Shown: positions 49,507 to 59,071 of the stretch, piece by piece
Position numbering within the stretch: position 1 is the stretch's first letter
Layout: each line of letters begins with the position of its first letter
Origin: Bdellovibrionales bacterium
Lineage (GTDB): Bacteria; Bdellovibrionota; Bdellovibrionia; Bdellovibrionales; JAGQZY01
Reading direction: 5' to 3'
DNA length: 64,000 nucleotides
NCBI GenBank assembly: GCA_031426555.1
Contig: JANPLN010000030.1
Coordinates: 64,001 to 128,000 of the forward strand
The notes under the pieces: model-generated
Database searches by the model: none
What the model was told of the DNA's origin: nothing
Seen by the model: the letters and a program-made list of their open reading frames with translations, nothing else
Made by a program: the position numbers and the translations under genes

Positions 49507-50714
49507 AAAAGTCCATTCTGGTGAAAGAGAAACGACGACTGAAAGTCTTGGCTTTCGTTGAGCCATTCGGTATAGGACAAAAACAAATCCCGTTCAGATT
49601 CAACGCTGGAAATTTTGGCAGTGAGGTAATCCGCATAAAGTGCGATGGTTGAAATGGGCTCGGAGGCTTTGAGGCGTTTGAAAGTTTTTTCGATTTGCAG
49701 GTCGTATTTGGAAGTGACGTCCAAGTCGAGATCATTGGCCATGCGGATGATTTTGTTGCGAAGCGTGTAGACCTGAACCTTTTTTTCGTTTTTGTCTAAA
49801 AGGCTCTGGCGCTTGGTTTCGATGATTTTGTTCTCAAACTGCCAATCCTGAACCGGGTTCGAGGAGAGAAAAGGCATATTCACGGACACGCGAAATGTCA
49901 TCTGCGTTTGATTCTCTCGAGTTTTATCCACCCCAACGCTAAACGTATCGATGAGTCGGTTGTTTTGCGAGGCGGTGTAGGCTTTTAAATATTCGAGCTG
50001 TTGCAGTTGTAGATCGAAAAGCTGAGTGTATAGTTTTTCGCGGGCGGGGTCGTAACTTTTTACATGTTCCAAAACTTTCACGCGACTCAGAAGGTTCTCG
50101 TCAGCCTTAAATCCGTCGATGGTCCAGTCCGGGTTGATGTTGGCAATGCGTTGCTCAATCTCGGCGCGCTTATCGTGAATCTCGATCACTTTCTTGCGAA
50201 AGTTTTTTATCGCAATGCTCGACTTGATAAAGTCTTTAATGCTGCCGCTTTCCACGCTCAGCAAGGACTTGGACTGGGCTCGTTTTTGCGCTTCTAAGAT
50301 AGCGATGGTTTTTTTAGATAGATCTTCAATTTTTTTCGTGTACATGATTTCGATACACAAAAGCAAAAACTCAAGCTGGTCTTGTTGATCCCACAATATA
50401 TTTTGTTGCTCAGCGATCAGTTTACTGGTGGAAGCAATACGCTGTTGAGCGATCGCCTCTCGCCCACCACGAGGATTGAACTTGAGAAAGTATTCATACC
50501 CAGCGCGGTCGTCTTTGCCGGCTTTAACATCGCGGCCATCATCTTTTTCGACAACAAGCTGAATTTGACTAAATCCCATTTCTAAAAAATTGCCACCTTC
50601 GAAGGGTTTTAAGCGAAGATCCTCTTTTTTTTTCTCTAGCAAATCCTGCAGAGTCCATCCATGGCTCAGGGGAGCAAAGGAGGTTATTAAAAGAATGAGG
50701 ACCAGACGTTTCAT
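49503..50714 (-). CDS. Divergent TolC/outer-membrane-efflux-like protein
   Basis: Signal peptide; two helical halves each preceded by a beta-hairpin (YEYFLKFNP; FRVSVNMPF); ATGA overlaps on both sides. Confidence 0.6.
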   Translation of the reverse strand: MKRLVLILLITSFAPLSHGWTLQDLLEKKKEDLRLKPFEGGNFLEMGFSQIQLVVEKDDGRDVKAGKDDRAGYEYFLKFNPRGGREAIAQQRIASTSKLIAEQQNILWDQQDQLEFLLLCIEIMYTKKIEDLSKKTIAILEAQKRAQSKSLLSVESGSIKDFIKSSIAIKNFRKKVIEIHDKRAEIEQRIANINPDWTIDGFKADENLLSRVKVLEHVKSYDPAREKLYTQLFDLQLQQLEYLKAYTASQNNRLIDTFSVGVDKTRENQTQMTFRVSVNMPFLSSNPVQDWQFENKIIETKRQSLLDKNEKKVQVYTLRNKIIRMANDLDLDVTSKYDLQIEKTFKRLKASEPISTIALYADYLTAKISSVESERDLFLSYTEWLNESQDFQSSFLFHQNGLL

Positions 50715-51634
50715 TGTTTGGGCTCTAGATTGGAGGCAGAGGTTGCAGGATTGAGCGATGTTTTTGGTACCGGCAGCAGTTCGTCGGGGATCCAAGATTT
50801 AGGGTAGATCACAACTTTTTCGCCCATCAAAAACGTATTAGTTTCGGTCAGTTGAACAAGGACTTCGCGACCCCAAACCTTGATGAGCGATGAGTTGGTT
50901 AACCGCTCTGGCATTTCGACGATGCGCGAGCCAATACTGATCACCCGGCCTGAGAATTTTTTGCGTTTGTCGGCGATGGACGCCAATCTTAGCTCTTGAT
51001 TCATTTCGACCTGTGAATAGACGTTTTCGTGAATGTAGGCTTTGATCATGTCGGGTTTTTGCGAAAGGATTGAAAGCAAAGTTGTAAATGGCGGAACTGT
51101 TTGGCCACTTTTAAAATTCACAGCGCCAACGATTCCGCTTTTTTCGGCAAAGATCAAAAGATGATCTTTTTGCGATTGGGCGAATTCCAGTTCTCTTTTT
51201 GCACTTTCAATATCCAGGGACAGTGAGCTCCCTTTTGGAGAAATATCATTGATGGATTCATCCAGAAGATTCTTAATCTCGTTGCGCATATTTTTTTCGA
51301 ATTGAAGTTTTAGAAGAGTGGTTTCCATTTCGCGAATGCGAGCATCGATTTCGTTTTGGTTGAGTTCGGCGAGAAGAGTGCCTTTTTCAACAAATTGGCC
51401 AGAGATCACATGAATGCGTTTAATTTTAACGGGATACTCAAAGTTGATAGATAGTTCGTAGGAGTCGGCAATGCCAAAAAAGCTCAAGCGATTGGTGCTG
51501 CCGAGGGTGCTGACCAACGTGATCAACAGGACAGCGAACGCCCAAGCGATCAGGAGAGTTTTGTTGTCGCCTTCGATAAATTGCTGTTTAAACTCTTTTA
51601 GACCCCATGGGCGTGAAATCCTGGATGCTCGCAT
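50711..51634 (-). CDS. HlyD-like periplasmic adaptor
   Basis: Single TM; lipoyl half-motifs IHVISGQFVEKGTLL and AEKSGIVG..GQTV flanking a coiled coil; GRVISIG beta-barrel. Confidence 0.85.
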   Translation of the reverse strand: MRASRISRPWGLKEFKQQFIEGDNKTLLIAWAFAVLLITLVSTLGSTNRLSFFGIADSYELSINFEYPVKIKRIHVISGQFVEKGTLLAELNQNEIDARIREMETTLLKLQFEKNMRNEIKNLLDESINDISPKGSSLSLDIESAKRELEFAQSQKDHLLIFAEKSGIVGAVNFKSGQTVPPFTTLLSILSQKPDMIKAYIHENVYSQVEMNQELRLASIADKRKKFSGRVISIGSRIVEMPERLTNSSLIKVWGREVLVQLTETNTFLMGEKVVIYPKSWIPDELLPVPKTSLNPATSASNLEPKQ

Positions 51635-51638
51635 CTGT

Positions 51639-52322
51639 TTAAACCTCAATAGTGCTTTCCTGCATCAGCAGTTGGGCACCCTTTACTGTTGGAATCGTTC
51701 GAACGTCTTCGATCAGGTGGTCGAAACTGGATTGGGTGTGAAGCTTAAATTGATAGGCATAGTCAAAACGATTTCCCTGGGCCATTTCGCGAAGGGTGAC
51801 CAGCGAAAACATTTTGCAATGCTTGTTGAGCGTTGTTTCGAGCTGTTCGCGCGAGTCTTTGCTGGGCTCGAAGTTAAAGCGCAAAAGGCCATCAAACTGA
51901 GCAGGGGTTACAAACTCCACACGATCCAATACAAGCACACTGGCAATAAAACCCATGCAGCCGACGCAGGCGATGGCGTAAGAGTGCACGCCGCACGCCA
52001 CACCCACGGCCATGGCGCCAAATAGAAAAAACATATCGCGCGGGTCTTTCAGGTTTGAACGAAAGCGTAGCAATGAAATCGCACCCATCATCCCGAGGCC
52101 GCGAGCGAGGTTGTCGCCAATGGCCTGCATGGCGATTGTAGAAACGATCGGGCAAAGGACAAGAGCGTGGAGGAAATTTTTAGAATAGGAGAGGCCGCGG
52201 AAGGTGTAGTTGTAAATCAGTGCGATTCCAACCCCCAAAAGAAACGACAAACAAATACCATAAATAACAGCCCAAATTCCGGCGTTTTCAGTGGATGTTT
52301 GTAAAACTTGGAAATCTAGCAT
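51639..52322 (-). CDS. DUF4956-like membrane protein (VTC-associated)
   Basis: IGDNLARGLGMMGAISLLRFRSNLKDPRD...AVGVACG; about 4 TMs plus an ACT-like C-terminal domain. Confidence 0.88.
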   Translation of the reverse strand: MLDFQVLQTSTENAGIWAVIYGICLSFLLGVGIALIYNYTFRGLSYSKNFLHALVLCPIVSTIAMQAIGDNLARGLGMMGAISLLRFRSNLKDPRDMFFLFGAMAVGVACGVHSYAIACVGCMGFIASVLVLDRVEFVTPAQFDGLLRFNFEPSKDSREQLETTLNKHCKMFSLVTLREMAQGNRFDYAYQFKLHTQSSFDHLIEDVRTIPTVKGAQLLMQESTIEV

Positions 52323-52413
52323 CGCTGAACTTATATGTTGATTGTTAAGACTTTGCTAAGATATCCCCTCGACCAAGTAATAAAAATAGACCTGTCTAAA
52401 ATCTACACACTCC

Positions 52414-53967
52414 TTAATTGAGATATGGGCGGGCTTGTTTTAAATAAACTTGGCGCGCGTCGGTGTCTTCGGCATCCACCTTGAATTCGATATCCAAAGA
52501 AAAATCAGAAGTCTCTGTTTTGCTCCCTAGAAGAGGGCGGAAGTGCTCAACCGCTTTCAAACACTGATACGAAAGATCTTTGGCTTCTTCGTCTGTCATC
52601 ACGGCTGTTGGATTGTCTTGCGGAAGAATCGTTTCCATGTCGTTGGCAATGTTGGACTGCTGCAGAACATTCACAGTGTACTTGTCTTGATTGAGGGGAT
52701 CTTGCTTGTCGTAGAGAACAAGAATTTTTTGCGGGCGAATGCCGGGATTCGGGTTCGCAACACTATGGAAGTCGCCCCGCTGGGCTTCGATGTAAACACC
52801 CTCGCCAGAAAGCATGGGAACATTGGCAATGTTCTTGGTGACCACAACACCATCTGCCAGCTCGTCGCCAAAGGAGGGGTTGATCTGAATTCCCATGTAA
52901 ACATCTTGATGGGGAATGGAAAAGTAATTTCGCTCTTCGAAGGCGCGTAAATTCCAGATCGATCCCCAAACAATTTTGAGAGCCTCTGTGAGATTCGCGA
53001 TTTTTTCTTCCTTGCTTAGATCTTTTTTCTTCTTCGTGGCTTTGTAAGCCGCCGACGTGTAAAGACCCGCACCATTAAAATTTGGAAGATCTTCGGAGTT
53101 TGTGGCACTGCGAAGCTTCATGTTGCGCTTCTTACCTTTTTTGTCAGTAATAGTATCAAAAAGTGCGAGCATGTTTTCGATGAGAACAGAATCCACAACT
53201 GTTTGTGGCGACATAATCAGCGCATTGAGTTCGTTCAATTTAGTGGTGCGATATTCTGTGGCGGCTACGCGCTTCATGAGTGGATCGCGAGTCACTTTTT
53301 GAATCATTGTTTTTACTGCAGGATTACTTTCAACAAATTGACTATAGAAAGAAAATGGCAGCGCATACGAGTAACGAACTACAGTGCGCTCAGGAGTGTT
53401 GAGGGCCTTGGCGAGTTCGGCGTAGTTTGCGGCTTTGGAGCCAACTTTGTCGGCGAAAGTCCAATCCATTTCATCCATTGTTAAAATTCGGTCGATGGAG
53501 AGATCGTACTTCAATTCGACTTTTTGTTTCGCATTGCTATTGTAAAAAGCAAGAGCAGCTTCTTCTGTGCTCGGTGAAATCTTGATGGTATCTGGAGCAA
53601 TCAACTCCATTTCGATATAACTTCCGTCCTGGACGCCGTTAAAGATAGGATTATTAATCCCTCCTTCAAGCTGAGAAATATCCAAATTAGGAGTTTTGCG
53701 CGCGCTGGATTTAATTTGTACGTGCGACAGAAGATTTTGCTGCTGCAGCGTGATTACACCAGAAACCACAGACAGATTCATCGGCAGCTCGGCAAAAACC
53801 GGAATCGCCAGAGGATTCAGCGATTTGTATTTTGCGTTTTCAGAAAGCATATCTTGGGCCGACAAGATCACCAGTTGTCCAATAGCTTTTCCTGGGTTCA
53901 TAACCATAGCCTGAGCAAAGCCGCTCAGAGAGTAAAAAAGCGTGAGTGTAAAAATTAAATTTTTCAT
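52414..53967 (-). CDS. Exported phosphohistidine-swivel plus ATP-grasp (PPDK/PEP-synthase N-type) protein
   Basis: Signal peptide ending FAQA; GVIT...LSHVQI...PN; GSKAANY, RSATNSED..FNGAGLY, DIEF and QARP motifs. Confidence 0.85.
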   Translation of the reverse strand: MKNLIFTLTLFYSLSGFAQAMVMNPGKAIGQLVILSAQDMLSENAKYKSLNPLAIPVFAELPMNLSVVSGVITLQQQNLLSHVQIKSSARKTPNLDISQLEGGINNPIFNGVQDGSYIEMELIAPDTIKISPSTEEAALAFYNSNAKQKVELKYDLSIDRILTMDEMDWTFADKVGSKAANYAELAKALNTPERTVVRYSYALPFSFYSQFVESNPAVKTMIQKVTRDPLMKRVAATEYRTTKLNELNALIMSPQTVVDSVLIENMLALFDTITDKKGKKRNMKLRSATNSEDLPNFNGAGLYTSAAYKATKKKKDLSKEEKIANLTEALKIVWGSIWNLRAFEERNYFSIPHQDVYMGIQINPSFGDELADGVVVTKNIANVPMLSGEGVYIEAQRGDFHSVANPNPGIRPQKILVLYDKQDPLNQDKYTVNVLQQSNIANDMETILPQDNPTAVMTDEEAKDLSYQCLKAVEHFRPLLGSKTETSDFSLDIEFKVDAEDTDARQVYLKQARPYLN

Positions 53968-53976
53968 AGAGACCAC

Positions 53977-55332
53977 CTATTTCGTCAAGCTCAACGCCGC
54001 TGTGTTGAGAGAGGAAGATTTAATTGTGTTATCAGTAAACATTTCAAGCTTTCCGTCCGGCGCGATGCTGATCCACTGCTCGAGACTGCCAGTAAAGGCC
54101 TCTTGCAAGGTCATCGTCGCTACTTCAATCACTTCTGGCATTGTCGCTTTGGCTTTTTCTAAAGATAAAAATTCACTTTGATAATAAAGCCAGTTGTCTT
54201 GAATCAGGAAGCCTTCGCTGTAGATCGTATTGAGCATCGCCTGATACGCAGCAACCGAAGTCACCGTCGACATTCGATTGATTTCCTTGTTGATAAACTG
54301 ACAAGATTTGGCGATGAGCGCAAGTGCCGGAGCTTTCTTTTCCCAAGGAATCGACGCAACAATGTTAGTTTTTAGGTCAGCTGTCACGGACGAGAGAGCG
54401 AGTAGATTCTCGGGATTTATTCCTTGAGCAGCAAACGTTTGCGCCGCAGCTTCCACAGAAATGACGCCAGCCTGTTTTGCTAGAGCTATGAGTGCCTCGG
54501 GTGTGAAGTTGTAATAGCGACGAAGCAACACAAGGATCCGTTGCAAATAATTGTGGCCGTCTTTTTCATACCAAGGATTTTCGCGAAGGAATCTTTCGAT
54601 GCGACCTATCACATCCTCGCTGAGCTGATTATGAATGGTATTGCGAATTTTATAAAGTTCCAGAACTCGGCTGTCTTTTGTCCCATAGGTCGCAGAAAAG
54701 AAGTCATACACCTGTGTGATAAGGTTGCGCGCTTCCGCCAGCTCCGAAGAATCCGCGATGGGGCTTTCTTTAGCGAGCAAAAAAGCTGGAAGAAATTGAT
54801 AATCATCATTGATAGAGCTCATGTAAAAATTAAAAAAGTGAGCCGCAAATTTGATCTCGTACTCCATTCCACTGATTCCGCGCATCGCAAAAGATCTAGC
54901 GAGTTTGGAGTCTGGGTAGATTTCCACGTAATAGCGTTCGAGAACCCAGTTTTTAACCATTTCCACAGCTCGCGGCATAGCTGCATTGGCGACTGCCGCT
55001 AAGGCTTCGTTGTCGATACCGTGATTTGTGCTCAACGCATTCCCATACACAAATTCGCTGTTGAGTTCGTAATAATTGGTTGTGAACAGGTTGCCAGTGT
55101 ACATTCCATACTGATCAACGAGCACACGTGCTTGGGCGTTACGAAAAGCAGAGGTAAATAGGTGACCTTTTGGAAAGACATCGTAGGCAGTTTGGCCCTT
55201 AGGTCCCTGGCTCACGTTGGAGCCAAACGGACCCTTGTTCTTTTCGAGAATCGCTTGAAAGTCAGACTGAAGATCGGCGCTGGCTAAATTGGCGCTGAAG
55301 AGAAGTGGTAACAGAAGTACGAGCTTCATCAT
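53977..55332 (-). CDS. Secreted helical hypothetical protein
   Basis: Signal peptide ending ASA; tightly packed between the two neighbouring genes. Confidence 0.8.
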   Translation of the reverse strand: MMKLVLLLPLLFSANLASADLQSDFQAILEKNKGPFGSNVSQGPKGQTAYDVFPKGHLFTSAFRNAQARVLVDQYGMYTGNLFTTNYYELNSEFVYGNALSTNHGIDNEALAAVANAAMPRAVEMVKNWVLERYYVEIYPDSKLARSFAMRGISGMEYEIKFAAHFFNFYMSSINDDYQFLPAFLLAKESPIADSSELAEARNLITQVYDFFSATYGTKDSRVLELYKIRNTIHNQLSEDVIGRIERFLRENPWYEKDGHNYLQRILVLLRRYYNFTPEALIALAKQAGVISVEAAAQTFAAQGINPENLLALSSVTADLKTNIVASIPWEKKAPALALIAKSCQFINKEINRMSTVTSVAAYQAMLNTIYSEGFLIQDNWLYYQSEFLSLEKAKATMPEVIEVATMTLQEAFTGSLEQWISIAPDGKLEMFTDNTIKSSSLNTAALSLTK

Positions 55333-55334
55333 GA

Positions 55335-57101
55335 TTATCTCCCGCCTAAAACTTTATTTTTTTCTTGCTCAAAAGCAGCTTCGCCACAGGCGTTTTTGTC
55401 GCTGTCGGGTGCGCAACCACGCACGCGGCCCATCAGGCGAATACGAATTTTATCGATACCTCTTACGGCGTAAAACTGAACTTTGTCTTGTTCGTAAACC
55501 TGCTCGTAGAGGGGATATTGGCCTTGCATCGCATACGAAGTTTTTGTGATTTTCTTTTTGTAATCGAGGTAGGAGGGGAAAGAAACTTCGGGATTGTTGA
55601 AAACAAACGAATTGCCACGTTTTTCAAAAACATTTTTCGAGCCATACAGTCCTTTGTAATAAGCTTCGCGACTATCTGCACTCAGTAATAGGTCCGCACC
55701 CTCGCGTTTATCTAATCCGTTGGAGCCTTTTGTGTCATAGGTGATTTGATACTCAACTCCCATGACTTCCAGTTCACTATCTCCGTTAATATCATAGAGG
55801 TCGAAATCTGCTGAGTTGTTACCAAAGAAGTAAACCTGTTTCATTTTTTCATTCTCGACCGGCATAACGTGTCGCATTTCCCACACGTGACCGAGCGACA
55901 ACCGCAAGCAACCGCTGGAGACGCCTCCGCGTTTGACAGCCCAAAGCTGGGTGTGGTCTTCAGGGGCGCTGAGCGCTTCTCTCGTAGCTTTTGAAAAATT
56001 ACTACCGTTGAAACGAACAGCTGGATTGTGGAATCCATTATGGATTTCTTCGAAATCCATTTTTGGTGCCCATCCGTAGTAAGGTTCATCACGGATGTTA
56101 TCAACATTTCGATTGCTATGGGCGAGGAACGTCCAGAGGCCAGGTGTTGCAAATTTGGGAATGTCGTTGCCGAAATTATCGTTTGTGGTGCCCTTAAACG
56201 AACCTGTCGGGTAGATTGCCGTGTATTCAGGATAATTTAGGCTACAGGATCCTTGTACGCAGGAAATTGCAGACGCCCACTTTCCGTTTTGATCGATGAT
56301 TTTGATTTGATATTTTACCCCAGTGGCCATGGCAAAAAGCTCTGTGGCCTGCGGAGCGAACTGCTCTGAAGAGTTCGACGCGAGGGCCTGAGTGGCGGTG
56401 GCCTGCAATTTGGCAAGCAGTGCACTGTTCGGCTGCTCAGTGATATTCACACGTCCCCAAACCAAACTATTCAGGGCAATGACTGTTTCTTCGGCAGTGG
56501 CAGTGAAAACAGATTCTGGTCTGCGGCCGTCGAGGAGGGAGGCAACGATTGTTTGCCATCGAGCGTATTCTTTATTGAGATCCAGGTCGATCATAAACAC
56601 GCGACCTGGGTTAAGCGCGATGATTGTTTCTAAGCTTTTTTGATAAAGTTGCTCTGCGGAAAGAGTGTCCTGCACTGAATTTTGAATGTTGTACTGAGAC
56701 GAATTTACGATTTGTGAGAAGAGGTCCATTTGTGGAGTGACATCGCCGTTGACGTTCACATTCACAGCGGGTCGACTGCCGCTGGTTGCTTCTTTGTAAA
56801 AGGTGTCGCGATAAACGAGGTCGTACATGTAGTCTTTGATGGTCTGTTCGTCGAGGATCACCGAAACGCGTGTTTGGTTTCCGCGAGCTGTGCGAATGTG
56901 AATTCGCGAAGGATATTCACTGCGTGGTGCGAAGCCTACGTAAAAGCTTGGGTAGTAGCTCTCGGTGGCATCATTGCCTGGGTTCCAGCTGGTTCCCCAA
57001 AAGGGAAGTTGCTTCGCGTAGTCCTGAATTGTTTGAATTTGAGCAGCTGAAGCGACGAGGACGGTGGCGATGAAAAACTTTTTTAAAAGGGAAAAAAACA
57101 T
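55335..57101 (-). CDS. Secreted protein with an L,D-transpeptidase (YkuD)-like catalytic motif
   Basis: Signal peptide; TPG...PYY...GFHN...VSSGCLRL. Confidence 0.6.
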   Translation of the reverse strand: MFFSLLKKFFIATVLVASAAQIQTIQDYAKQLPFWGTSWNPGNDATESYYPSFYVGFAPRSEYPSRIHIRTARGNQTRVSVILDEQTIKDYMYDLVYRDTFYKEATSGSRPAVNVNVNGDVTPQMDLFSQIVNSSQYNIQNSVQDTLSAEQLYQKSLETIIALNPGRVFMIDLDLNKEYARWQTIVASLLDGRRPESVFTATAEETVIALNSLVWGRVNITEQPNSALLAKLQATATQALASNSSEQFAPQATELFAMATGVKYQIKIIDQNGKWASAISCVQGSCSLNYPEYTAIYPTGSFKGTTNDNFGNDIPKFATPGLWTFLAHSNRNVDNIRDEPYYGWAPKMDFEEIHNGFHNPAVRFNGSNFSKATREALSAPEDHTQLWAVKRGGVSSGCLRLSLGHVWEMRHVMPVENEKMKQVYFFGNNSADFDLYDINGDSELEVMGVEYQITYDTKGSNGLDKREGADLLLSADSREAYYKGLYGSKNVFEKRGNSFVFNNPEVSFPSYLDYKKKITKTSYAMQGQYPLYEQVYEQDKVQFYAVRGIDKIRIRLMGRVRGCAPDSDKNACGEAAFEQEKNKVLGGR

Positions 57102-57284
57102 GATTTCTCCATGTTGCGGTTGGTTAATGCAGTTCGCGCAGTATTTAGCCGCACAAAGTCAAAAAAGATACAGCAAATTCAGCTTGAGAATTTTTTTCAA
57201 CGGACTGCGCCAGGGAGAATGAACCTTAATTTCAATAGGATATAGAGTTCGTCACCCGTGACCAGGGCGACTTATAGCAAGATT

Positions 57285-57830
57285 TTAATAGATATTTTGC
57301 TCGGTTTCGTCGGTGGCCGAAAGGTAAATATCAAAGCCTCGGGCCTTGGCCAGTTGCAAAAATTTTTGCGCGAAAGTCTCGGGGTGCATGGCATAGTAAA
57401 TTTGTAATGCACTGAATGCACTCGTATATTGCTCCAGCACGTCGACCTTGAAGTACTCTTTACCCGTGGCATAGCCGAAATTAAAAAGCAGCTTGTTGGG
57501 GCAAGCGGCATTGTAGGCCGCATTGTCGAAGCGGTAACCGGCAAACTCGGCAAACACCGAGAACGCAGCTCCGGAGGCCCAGCTCGCCACGTCCATCAAC
57601 TCCCAATAAGTGTGCTCGGGCACGTAGGGCTTTGGTTTGAGATTGTGTTTCTCGAAGCTGATGGCAAAGCTCACTAGTTTTTCGTGATCGAATTTTTGTT
57701 CATTTTCCCAGCGTATGAGCAACTGAATTTGAGTTGGGTTTAATTGATAGGCACTAGACCAATGGTTCTCTGTGGCGAAGCCAGATGTCGAAACTAAAAG
57801 ACACAAAACAAACGTGGAAAAATTTAGCAA
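57285..57830 (-). CDS. Secreted hypothetical protein
   Basis: TTG start after G-rich SD; signal peptide ending GFA. Confidence 0.7.
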   Translation of the reverse strand: MLNFSTFVLCLLVSTSGFATENHWSSAYQLNPTQIQLLIRWENEQKFDHEKLVSFAISFEKHNLKPKPYVPEHTYWELMDVASWASGAAFSVFAEFAGYRFDNAAYNAACPNKLLFNFGYATGKEYFKVDVLEQYTSAFSALQIYYAMHPETFAQKFLQLAKARGFDIYLSATDETEQNIY

Positions 57831-57998
57831 AACAGCCCCCTGTTTTAGATAGAACCCTTTAGCGCCCCCGCTGCGGAATTCTTTTTCATTGAGACTGGAT
57901 GTAACACAATTCGCGTTAAATAAAGCAAAAATTATGGCTTTCAGCTATGCAGCGAAAAAAATTCAATTTATAGCTAGTGGTAAGAGTGAGGTGAAGGC

Positions 57999-58577
57999 GT
58001 GAAAAAAAAGTTATTCGTAGTCTATATTGGCGGCAGTACAACCCAATCTTTAATTGAGCTGCACGACATGCGCTTTGTGCTGGCAGAAACCATCGAAGAT
58101 ACTTTTGAGACGTTAAAAAAAACCTGGTGGGGTGTTCCCGAAAGTTTGCATCTGGACTGCTGGGGGGCGCTGGAGTCGACCGATGGCCACAAGATTGATG
58201 TGGTCGAAACGCCGGTCCAGGCTTCCAAAAAGTTGTACTTTATAAATCTTGGCGCCTATTCCTCGCAGGAGTTTACCGAAGTCCATCGCAATTTGTTTTT
58301 GGTGGCAGAAACCGAGGCCGAAGCTAAAAAGCGCGCGGTGGCCTCCATTCGAGACTTCGAGCAGGGTCACAAGGACTACTTGTACGAAGTGGATTCGGCC
58401 ATTTGTTTAAGCCAGATCGTCAGCAGTCATATGGATGGTAACCAGTTTTTGCATTTGCAGTTGAGTCCGGAGGAGAACTTACCAAAGTTTAAATTCAACT
58501 ATGGGTACGTTCCAATTGGTAAAGCAAAAGGCCTCACCGGTCGAGAAGCCTCGGGAGAAGCGGTTGTGACGAAATAG
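57999..58577 (+). CDS. DUF1543-like protein
   Basis: YIGG...IELHD.RFV...WWG..LHLD, with a second repeat KLYFINLGAY..EVH...HKD. Confidence 0.78.
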   Translation: MKKKLFVVYIGGSTTQSLIELHDMRFVLAETIEDTFETLKKTWWGVPESLHLDCWGALESTDGHKIDVVETPVQASKKLYFINLGAYSSQEFTEVHRNLFLVAETEAEAKKRAVASIRDFEQGHKDYLYEVDSAICLSQIVSSHMDGNQFLHLQLSPEENLPKFKFNYGYVPIGKAKGLTGREASGEAVVTK

Positions 58578-58685
58578 AGGGTTTGATTTTTTAAAAAGTT
58601 CTGTTACGCTGGTTTTTCGGTTGCACTCTGTGCAGCTAATAACAGTCGCTCAAAGGTTGGAGCGCTACACATCAAGGAGCTGATT

Positions 58686-59069
58686 ATGAAAAGCCTATCT
58701 TTTTTAGTTTTCACGTTATTACTTACCAACGCTTTTGCCGAAACGGGTTGTGATTCGGACGCGAATTACCCAGAAGTTTCCAAGGCCGAATTGCAAAAAA
58801 TGATCGATGAGAAGAAAGCGGTTATATTCGACGTAAATTCCAAGGCGTCTTTTGATAAACAACGCATTCCGGGCGCCGTGCATTTTGACTCGCAAAAAAA
58901 CATCGCTGACGTTTTACCAAAAAGCAAAGATGCGCTGATTGTTGCCTACTGTGGTGGCACGATGTGCACAGCCTGGAAAAAAGCGGCCATGGCAGCTTGT
59001 AAATTAAACTACAAAAATATCAAACACTTTAAACCCGGCATTACAGGCTGGGTTCAGAAAGACGTTTAA
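58686..59069 (+). CDS. Exported rhodanese-like protein
   Basis: Signal peptide; IFDVN, RIPGA, IVAYCGGTMC and GITGW motifs. Confidence 0.88.
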   Translation: MKSLSFLVFTLLLTNAFAETGCDSDANYPEVSKAELQKMIDEKKAVIFDVNSKASFDKQRIPGAVHFDSQKNIADVLPKSKDALIVAYCGGTMCTAWKKAAMAACKLNYKNIKHFKPGITGWVQKDV

Positions 59070-59071
59070 GC

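Noticed and set aside
53965..53979. TAG readthrough fusing 53977-55332 to the in-frame dikinase gene
   Set aside because: The downstream gene has its own AGGTGG SD, ATG and signal peptide; in-frame adjacency occurs one time in three by chance.
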